From Spirogloea muscicola (taxonomy: Eukaryota), in contig WELB01000013.1 of assembly GCA_009602725.1 (NCBI GenBank), positions 577,768-620,440 on the forward strand: a DNA stretch of 42,673 bases, read 5' to 3'. Below, in pieces: positions 1 through 10,840 of the stretch; the stretch's first letter is position 1; every line of letters begins with the position of its first letter. A model generated the notes under the pieces. It did no database searches, had not been told where the DNA came from, and worked only from the letters and a program-made list of their open reading frames with translations. A program made the position numbers and the translations under genes.

Positions 1-596
1 GGTTACGGAGGCCTATAAAGGTCCAGCATCGACACACATCGCTGGCCACGCAGTGGGCAGTGCTGAACAAAGAAAGTTGCAGCACTACTCCGATTACCCC
101 CGATGTGATCAGCTCATGCCAGCAGCAATCGACGTCTTTGGCTGCTTAGGTCCTCGTTTCCTTACTCTCCTTCAAAACATAGCCAATCTAGGCTACACAC
201 GACATGCAGATGTGTTCCCGGCTGAGATAGGCTTGCCAGCTGCTTATCTGTCGTTGTTGCGACGACGAGTTTCGGCCTGTTTGCAGCGTGCTCAGGCTAA
301 TGCTTTGCACCAGAAAGCTGGGCGAGCTCTAGTTGGTAGCAGAAGGGCTTCGTATCTGCCATCTAGTATCCAGGCATCGGTTAGCGACCTTTATGTTTTG
401 ACCCGTGGTTTCTGAGCGGGTCAATCTACTGTAGGTTATGTAGGTCTTAAGATGTGCTTGCCTTTGTACTTGGCCATTTGGCCTTCCTGTGTTTTAAATA
501 CACGATATTTCTTCCCCAGAGCACTAGATTCTGCCTGAACAATGTATTGGCTTGAATTGGCCCCCCTTATTTCATGCGCTCCGCGCGCCTTCTCTC
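1..596 (+). mobile_element. 3' fragment of an RLE-type (CRE/R2-like) non-LTR retrotransposon: endonuclease C-terminus, 3'UTR (type I) and conserved terminal motif
   Basis: ORF 53-415 (AEQRKLQHY...MPAAIDVFGCLG...LLRRRVSACLQRAQANAL) matches the RLE C-terminal pattern K.xKY...P.A.ET.G..G...RR.S..LQR.NA. It is followed by hairpin TTGACCCG/CGGGTCAA (398-424) and motif 521-596. Homologous copies lie at 9340, 18455, 25830 and 32945. Confidence 0.65.
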
Positions 597-825
597 CTCC
601 CGAGCTGGGCACGCAGCCTTCTCATTTGTTTCCTGAAGTCAGGCCAGTATGGCTTTTCTGCCGGTGCTCCGCTCTCCATGTTCGTCTGTCGGGGCATCGT
701 AGGTACTTAAGTCCTCCACCCGAGTGTCTCGCAGTCACCTTAATACCCTTAGGAAGGATTGGCCATTTAAAGCCCCCGCCCACGTTCGAAGAGCTCATTT
801 CCTTTTGCTCAGGGTGTCTCTTTGT

Positions 826-890
826 GTAGCCCCGTTCTTTCATTAGCTTTGGCCGGAACAGTGTGTTGGCTTGATTTGGCCTCCCTTTTC
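826..890 (+). repeat. Degenerate copy of the element's terminal motif
   Basis: tagccccgtt...ccggaacagtgtgttggcttgatttggcctcccttt aligns to cctgaacaatgtattggcttgaattgg(g)cctcccttt. Confidence 0.6.
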
Positions 891-1725
891 TCAGGGTAAT
901 GTACCAGCCAGAGTATCATTGGGGGTACATCAGGTGCAGCATAGCAACTCCTTCGAGGTGAGTAGTAAGCGTGACTACTCAATAAGCACAAGAGGAGGCT
1001 TGCTGCAGAAGGGCCACTTTGCAAAGCCGGGGTTGCAGATTGTAGTGTAATAAGTGGAGATTGTAAGTTGCGACCATCAAACCCTTATAATTAGGTGCAA
1101 AGTCCTACATACAGGCAAGCAATTTTTTGCAAGGAGAGGTGTCTTCAGATTATCATGCTCGACATCACCTTGTTCCAGAAAAAGTATACCCTTGAAGGGC
1201 TTCACGATGGAGCAGCCAACCAAAGGGGAGTATAAAAAAGCCTCTGAAGTACGTGTTGGGGAGAAAGCCCGCGTTTTACCGGTTGAAAAACAATGCCATG
1301 GTAACGAGATGAGGGTGAGTATAAAGCCTCATTGAATTGCGGAAAAGGCGAAGCAATGGCATACAGCATCGTAATGCGACGAGCACTTCGCATACAGAAA
1401 GGCACGTTGCGCACAATAAGATATCGAGAGAAGCCGAGCCATCACGCATCTGAAATTGATTATGTAGCGCAAAAGATGGTGCTACATAAAGCGAAGCTCT
1501 TGGCAAAGAGGCAGCATATACACGAGTGAGCACATGACAGGACAGGCCACCTTGGTAGCTGGAGTACCGCCACGGGAGCCGATGGAATGGCTTAGGGTGC
1601 GCCCAGAGAAAGGGCCAAGACCTGGGTGGGGGCGGAAGAGTGGTGCACGATCTCCGCACCTGACGTTCAAAGCTAAACCCTGAATTGACAAAGCTGCCGG
1701 AGGCCAGGTAAGAAGGAAGATAAGA

Positions 1726-4110
1726 AAGGAACAGCTCTTCCGATGTAAGGCAATGACTTGAGAGCCTAAACGAGTTAACAGGGGTAAGGCCGGCAGCGGA
1801 GCAGCAGAAACTGTTCACTTTGGGGCTGGCTTTGGCACTTTTCGGCCTCTTTGGACCTTGTCCATTCTATTCGGGCTGGCTTTTCACAGCCCTCGCCCCC
1901 TTTGATTGAGCTTACTTCCTTCTACATTGTGCATCCATTGTGGGCTAGCAATTCACAGCCGTCGCCCCCTATGGAGGAGCGGGTTTACTTCTCCTTAGCA
2001 TAGGGCTTCCCTTAAAATAGCCCAAAATTTCCCGCTGGGTTTTGCCTGAACAAGGTATAGGCTTGAATTGACCTCCCTTCCATTTTATGGGCGTCGCACG
2101 CCTTCTCTGAATGATTACAGTCCTTGCCCACGCCAACTTTGAACAGATGCTGCTTCTGCATTTGGACTGGCCTTTCCTTAGATGCTACCTTCTCATCCTC
2201 AGGAAGTCGCCCCTTGGGAAAGAAGAAGCAGCTCTTGGAACGAAAGTGGCTCTCCCAGAGGAGGGCAAGGCCATGAGCAGCCAGCCGGGAAGAGTTGACA
2301 AGGCCCCTTGACGAAAGCTAGAGGCTGCAGCTAGAGCACGGCCAGCACGCAGATGCAAGGCGTGGACGACAGATTGCTGGAGTGATATGGGCCGGCGCAT
2401 GCAGAACATCTGCGCTAGCGAGCCAGCGAAGTTGAAGTCGGCCTGCTTGCCAAGCTTAGCAAAGGAGACTGAAAAGGGGCAAGGGCAGGGATCAGCAGAA
2501 TCAGCTCTTTCAAAATCAAAGCAATGGCTGTGAGAGGCCAGCCTAAAGTACTGGACAACGTCTAAAACGGCCGGATGGCGCAGAAGGCAGGATCAGCCAG
2601 CCCACAAAGAATGAACAAGGTCCAGAAGAAGTGGCTCTCCCAATGGGGGCAAGGGCTGTGAAAAGCCAGCCCAAAAAGACTTGACAAAGGGTCGAAGGGG
2701 TCACAATGACGGAGGTGCCTGAAAATGCTATGTCAGAACGGGTGGAGGATTGACCATACAGTAAGCTACGAGTAAGGAGCCCCAAATCCGACAGACTATC
2801 TGCCGGTATACAATCCCCCTGACGAAAGTCAGAGGCTGCAGCGAGAGCACGGCCAGCACGCAGATGCAAGGTCCAAGGAAGCCGGGGACAAACGTGGGAA
2901 TGAACGTGGCTCTTCCAAAGAGGCGGAAGGCTGTGAAGGAAGTAAGCTCATCCAAAGGGGGCGAGGGCTGTGAAAAGACAGCCCGAAAAGAGAATAGCTC
3001 TTCCTTACCTACAGCAATGGGTGTGAGAAGCCAGCCCAAAGGAATGGACAAGGTCTGAAAGAGAAGGGCTCGCCCATTGACGATAGGGGCTCGCGCAAAA
3101 AGCTAGTCTCCACGACGTCAGCAAGTGGGCTCTCAATAACCTCTAGTCAGTAATTGCGAGTCTGAATAACTAGAGGGCGGAAAAGCGTCGCCCTGAAAGA
3201 AATGAATGAACCGAAAAAGAGTGGACAAGGTCTCAAGGGGGCCGAAAAGGTTGGAATACACAAATCAAGCAAGTACCGCAAAGGATGGTCAGTTAGTGAA
3301 GGCAAGCCCAGAAGGAATGGACAAGGTCCGAGGGGCAGCTAGTGTTCCGGGCCACAGGAAACAGCTCTTCCAGTGAAAGGCAAATGGCTGTGACGCAATG
3401 GCTGTGGGCCACAGCTCGTGGACGTTGTTCATCGTATCCTGGGCTGGCCAGTCTCAGCCATCGCGCCCCTATACTGGAAGAGTACCTGTTCACAGCCTTG
3501 CCCCCTTTACAATGTGCCACTTCCTTATCTCTACGTACTGGAAGAGTCTTGTTGCTGGTGGGCACCGGCCAGGAGCCGTCGGATGTCCGCGCCGGGGGCC
3601 GGCGGCGCATCCGCCGTCCGGCCCGGGAATCGCGGCACGCCCCCCCCCTCGGGAAGGATCGGGCTCCCGTTGTCTAGGGGACACGTGTCGTTGCAGCCAA
3701 TGGCCGCGTTGCGCCTCCCGGACGGTCGCTTGCCACGTGGTGTCCTCCCCAGCGTGTGGGCTTCGTCGGGCTGCGGCGCTTTTTGCGGAAGGCCCGCGGC
3801 GTCGGGCTCAGAAAGGAACAGCTGTGTGTTGGGGGGCGATGGCTGTGAATGGCCAGCCCGAAGGAGAATGAACAAGATGTATGAAAGTAGTCTCCCAAGA
3901 GAAGGCGATGGCAGTGAAAGGCCAGCCCCAAGGCCAGGTCCGAAAGCGAAGCCGCTCTACCGAAGGGGCGAGGGCTGTCAAAGGCGAGCGCATGAACATG
4001 ATGAAGGAGATCTGAACGGAGTCGGAAGCCGTGCCAGTTAGCTCTTCCAATGGAAGGCGGTGGCTGTACAGCCTAAAGAGAAGCAAGAAAGTGGCTCTCC
4101 CAAGCAAGGG
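1726..4110. repeat. Field of degenerate ~65-70-bp repeat units in both orientations, interleaved with element fragments
   Basis: Recurring approximate consensus AAAGTGGCTCTCCCA..GAAGGCGATGGCTGTGAAAGGCCAGCCCAAAAAGAATGGACAAGGTCC. Plus-strand units near 2243, 2521, 2595-2695, 2905-3058, 3295-3330 and 3812-4110; reversed units at 1850-1970 and 3420-3525. Confidence 0.8.
1995..2108 (+). mobile_element. Element 3' fragment (type II UTR plus terminal motif)
   Basis: ttagcatagggct...atagccc...tttgcctgaacaaggtataggcttgaattgacctcccttcc...gcacgccttctct matches the reverse complement of 18268-18386. Confidence 0.7.
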
Positions 4111-4828
4111 ACCACTACGCGGGGTGGGCCCCGACGATGCAGGGAGAGCCGGGGTGGTGGGCGGCGCCGGCGCAGCGGCAGCGGACGCGGCGCTGACGGG
4201 GCGGTGCGGTCGGCCATTGGGCCGCGCGGCGCCAACTGGCCCCGCCACCCCCCGCCCGCCGCGGCGCGGATCCCTGACGTGGATCCCACGCCCGCGGATA
4301 AGGCTCAGGGGCCCGGCGGACGCGGAGAGGCCGCCACGTACCTTGGTGGTCCCCCTCGGGTCGCACCGGGGGCCAAGCCGCTTGCAGGGTAGTGGAGCTA
4401 CAGGCGGCCTGTGTCCACGGGAGAGAAGCTCTAGAGTGTAGGTAAGCAGCCGTGGGTGAGGAGGAGCTGCCCGGCGTTTGGCCCCCGGCGCCGCGGTCAT
4501 GCAGGGCGCGCCCGGCAATGATCCTCGCCCCGCAGGCCGTCCTCTGCGGGGTCGCGCGTCGGGGGGGGTTGATAAAAGCGCGCTCTCGCCTAACGCGGCC
4601 GTTTGCCACTGTGGTTGGCCGGGGCGTCCCACGGGGTGTCGCCCGCACTGCGGGTGGCTCTAACCCGCAGAGGAAGGCCATCCACACCGCCGACTTACCC
4701 CCCCCACGGCGGCGCCGCAGGTGGTCCAGCCCCCCCCCCTCCCTCCTCCCTCCTCCCTCCCTCNCCCCCCCCACCCCTCTTCCCACTCCCAGAGCCAAAG
4801 CCCGAGCTTCCAAGCGGCCCTCGCCTCC

Positions 4829-4881
4829 GCCGCCGCCGCCGCTTCCGCCGCGAAGCCAGCCGCCGCCGCCGCCGCCGCCGC
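4829..4881 (+). repeat. (GCC)n microsatellite in the 5' leader of the WPR-repeat gene
   Basis: Runs of ccgccgccg are directly visible. Confidence 0.85.
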
Positions 4882-5007
4882 CTTGCTATTTCCTCAACGC
4901 CTTCCGTCCGCCAAGCCCGCTCGACTCCTCTGTCCTCCAGCCTGCGCAAGCCGCCACCACCGCTGCCGCCCACATCTCCCGCCTTTCGGGGGGCTCGCTG
5001 CCGAGCC

Positions 5008-5919
5008 ATGGCTGCCGCGTGCGGCGCCGCGCGGGCGGCCTCCGTGATAGCCGCAGCGGCCGGTGCCCGTTGTGCCGAGAAGGGGCACGCTGACGCCGCA
5101 CCGCGGCAGCTCTCGAGCGCGCCCCTGCGCTCCTCTGGGATCCAGCCGCTCTTCGCAGCCCCGCGCTCTGTCCACCGGCCTGCGGCGCAGCGGCGGGAGG
5201 CCTCGTCCGTCCAGGAGCGGCCGCCCGCCGAGGCCTGCAGCGGGAGCGACTGCCTGCCCCTCCTCGCCAAGGAGGAGCTCCGGAGGAGCCCAGTGGAGTC
5301 GGCCCTGAGCGCCGTCGACGACCTGGCGAAGCTCGCCGTCCAACAGTGGCCGCGGCTCGACTGGACGCCCCGCCTCGGCTGGAACCTCTTCCCCGGCGGC
5401 GTGGTGCAGGAGGTGGAGGGCGGCGAGGCGACGATCACCACGCTGCCCGCTCCGGTGGAAGCCGAGCCCATCCCGCTTGGCCCGCGTTCGGCGTGGCCGC
5501 GGGTGTCCACTCCCTCGAAGTCTGCGCCTGCTGGGGAGTTCGCCGCGCGCTGCGCCTGGCCGCGCGCCACTGCCAGCTTCGCCCTCGCCACGCCTCTTGC
5601 GGCCAGGGAGCCTGCGCAGGCCGCTCTCGCGTCCCCTCTTGCTAGCGCCGAGGTCCCTGTAGCCCGCTGCTCGTGGCCCAGGCAGGCCTCGGCAGCGACT
5701 GCCGCCCCTGCTTTGGCGGCGTCGCGGAGTGACTCGCTTTCTTCAGACGAGAGCGCTTCGGCCCCAGTTGCCTCCCGCTGCGCGTGGCCACGTCCCCGTA
5801 GCATGCCCTCATCGATGGGCAGCATGGAGGCTGATCTGACATCAGTGCCCATGGGGCCGCGGTGCGCGTGGCCCCGGTCTGCCAATCGGGTGCCTGCCCA
5901 GTCGGCTAAGAGCTCCTGA
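5008..5919 (+). CDS. Intronless 303-aa Ala/Ser/Pro-rich orphan protein with five R-[C/S]-[A/S]-W-P-R repeats and a probable organellar transit peptide
   Basis: ATG in a good context (gccATGg) at 5008, open to TGA at 5919. The motif is conserved at amino-acid level with varying synonymous codons at about 5479, 5542, 5659, 5770 and 5854, which supports coding. The N-terminus is MAAACGAARAASVIAAAAG. Confidence 0.75.
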   Translation: MAAACGAARAASVIAAAAGARCAEKGHADAAPRQLSSAPLRSSGIQPLFAAPRSVHRPAAQRREASSVQERPPAEACSGSDCLPLLAKEELRRSPVESALSAVDDLAKLAVQQWPRLDWTPRLGWNLFPGGVVQEVEGGEATITTLPAPVEAEPIPLGPRSAWPRVSTPSKSAPAGEFAARCAWPRATASFALATPLAAREPAQAALASPLASAEVPVARCSWPRQASAATAAPALAASRSDSLSSDESASAPVASRCAWPRPRSMPSSMGSMEADLTSVPMGPRCAWPRSANRVPAQSAKSS

Positions 5920-6636
5920 GAGCCATCCGTTGATTTGACCAACCTGCTTAGGAGCCCTGCAGGCTCAGAGAACTTTTGTCTCGTGCTGACTCCATTCTTT
6001 TGGTGCTGGCCAGTGGCCAGCACCTGCAGCACATTGATTAGGCCGATGCTGAGTCGCCTTGCGGCAGCTGGCCATGAGCAGGAGGGCATTACTACCTGTA
6101 TATATGAATATACCGTATTTAGAGCAACTGTGCATGCAGCCTCGAGCATGTGCATGATCCTCAGCAGTCGATGGTGTCTTTGGTGATGGTGTAGATGAGA
6201 GGCTCCAGCATCAGCAGATAGACAGTTAATCTGCTCGTCTTGAAGAAAGCGTTGTTGCGCTGCTTGCCAAAATCTATTGGCTCCTGCATTGGCTTTGAGT
6301 CTCTGCCTGTTCTTACAAGTATCTGCCCGGACAGATTGCAAGTGAGAATGAGGGTTTCTGTGAACTGCTTCTGGCGGGTATATACAATGCGACCTTGTGC
6401 ACTTCACAAGCTAAAAGTTGTGGCCCCGGTCCTATCCTGCAAAAATCGGATGCATTTATCCATGTGAACTAGATTAACAAATGGCTGACCTGGCCGAACA
6501 TGGGCAGACGTAAGCCTGGGTTGCTTTGCTAACCAGATCACTCTTTTGGTAGTGACAAGGGGCCACTTCTTGTGACACGACGTAATTCTGGCGACATTCT
6601 GTGACAAAATCGTGAAAAAATAATTTCAACTGGCCT

Positions 6637-9238
<2,602 letters not shown>

Positions 9239-9339
9239 GGCCACCGGCGTCCCGGCCGCTGCGCAGCAATGGGGGGGGCGTTCTGTTCGTGCGCTCGGAA
9301 TCTGACGACCTTAAACCCAGAACCCCTGCGAGGCCCTCT

Positions 9340-9590
9340 TTGCGACGTCGTGTGTCAAGCCCGTTTGCAGCGACAGGCTCATGCGCTTGCACCAGAAAGC
9401 TGGTCGAAGGTCAGGCTTGTCGATTGCCGTCCGGTATTCGGGCATCACTTAGCGACCTTTACGTGCTGACTCGTGGTTACTGAGCGGGTCAGCCTAGCGG
9501 CAGGTGATGTACGTCTGTCGATGTGCTTGCCACTGTACTAAGCAATTTTTGGCCCTCCACCACTCCAGACACACTCCATTTCTCTGCCCT
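9340..9590 (+). mobile_element. Decayed 3' fragment of the RLE retroelement (type I UTR)
   Basis: Nucleotide similarity to 256-510. It encodes ...LPSGIRASLSDLYVLTRGY*, compared with LPSSIQASVSDLYVLTRGF* in copy 1. Hairpin gctgactcg/cgggtcagc at 9465-9493. Confidence 0.8.
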
Positions 9591-9719
9591 CGGCACGAAG
9601 AGTGTCCTGGCTTGGCCTCTCTTTCGCTGCATGCACACTGCGCACCTCCTTCTGCCTACTGCAGTGGGCCGTTGTGAGGCGGCGTCGGCGGCGGGGGCTG
9701 GCCCAGAGTGTACGAAGAT

Positions 9720-10390
9720 AAGAAGCAGCTCTGACGGTGGGGCCGTGGGCTGTGAAAAGCCAGCCCACAAAAGGTTGCACAAGGCTTAAAGAAAAGCACT
9801 TCCAAGTGAAGCCATAGCTGTGAGAGGACAGCACAAAAAGAATGAACAAGCTTCAAAGAGAGTTAGAAAGCGTTTGCCACTGAGTGTGGCTGCTCAGTAA
9901 CGGGCAGTCAGCAGCCGCAAGTTGGAAAATGAAGCATCAGGAAGGGTTCACCTGTAGCCTGAGGCGGCAGCCAGGGCACGACCAGCATGCAGATGCAAGT
10001 CGTGTGCCAGCAACACCATAGTAAGACTGAAAGCGGCATACATCACACCAGGGCCTGAGAGCCTGCGGCTTTAGTGCTTGCCTGCTCTCTTGGTGCCGGG
10101 TGAGGTACCCAGAGGGAAGAAGGTCCTCTGTGTGCAAAGTACTGCAGTGCATGGGCGAGGCCTCCCCGCACCTTCGGGCCACATAATAGACTTGGTAATC
10201 TGAACCGACATACTGTATGGCTTCCCCCTGTGCATTCCTGAGAAGGATACTGTCTCTGACCTGCGGCTGCTCACTAGGCCACTTGAGTTGCTGTGTGCCA
10301 TAGGGCTTTTTGGCCCCCTTCGATCTTTGTTTATTCCTCTTCTGGGCTGGCCAGGCACAGCCATCGCCCTCTACTGGAAGAGTCTTCTCC
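9720..10390. repeat. ~70-bp unit copies (+ at 9720-9860, - at 10310-10390) and a shared segment at 9961-10000
   Basis: gggctgtgaaaagccagcccacaaaagg. 10340-10383 resembles 3440-3483. gaggcggcagccagggcacgaccagcatgcagatgcaag resembles 2322-2360 and 2832-2870. Confidence 0.75.
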
Positions 10391-10840
10391 TCTCTAGGGC
10401 TTTTGTGTGCTTGCCTGGGCCAACACCACCTTCGGGCCCCTTGCTTTTTGCTGTTGCACCATTTGGCCCCATAGTTTGCCTTCAACATTTCAACATTGCC
10501 GCACACCTGACTTGTTGCACCCCGTCCTTACCCATGCCGAGTGAGGCTTGCAAATGGCAAGTCCTTCGAAATCATGAATTTCGCAGCTTGCAAGTGCCTC
10601 CTTGCCACGAGCCAACCCATTCCCTTGACCTGCCAGCCTCATGCTCGCAAGACGCAGAAGACGTATTGTTGCACCATAAACATCTCTGCGTCTGCTTCTC
10701 CTTGCTCTCGATCTGCACAACTACCCCTTCCTGCAGCAGAATACGCAAAATCCACCAACAATTGCTTGCAATGCCTTGTGACAACCGCCAAGATGACGGG
10801 ACAAGCCTCGGCGCTGTATCCAGGATTGGTGTGCAGTCAA

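Noticed and set aside
542..829. ORFs starting MYWLEL (also 32638-33006)
   Set aside because: They share only the non-coding terminal motif, and the peptides diverge immediately after it.
1054..1818. Possible decayed reverse transcriptase on the minus strand (…LYTHPHLVTMAL…)
   Set aside because: The resemblance is vague and no YxDD or intact QGDP motif is present. A frameshift-aware HMM search is needed.
2815..2875. Hammerhead ribozyme core (CTGACGA)
   Set aside because: CTGAC pairs with the adjacent GTCAG as a simple hairpin. I could not build a stem II, a separate GAAA or an NUH site.
2220..4110. CRISPR-like array suggested by hairpin-containing repeats
   Set aside because: The units are highly degenerate, irregularly spaced and in both orientations, with no distinct spacers, no cas genes and a eukaryotic context.
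4695..6407. Long antisense and overlapping ORFs in GC-rich zones (e.g. 570 aa here; 16949-18107 across the gap)
   Set aside because: They are shadows of the real CDS, of stop-poor GC-rich DNA, or of N runs.
10330..10370. Repeat unit translates as GCAWPA/GCEWPA, similar to the RCAWPR motif of the orphan gene
   Set aside because: The match is only about 12 nt, most units do not encode it, and the flanks are unrelated. It is probably coincidence.
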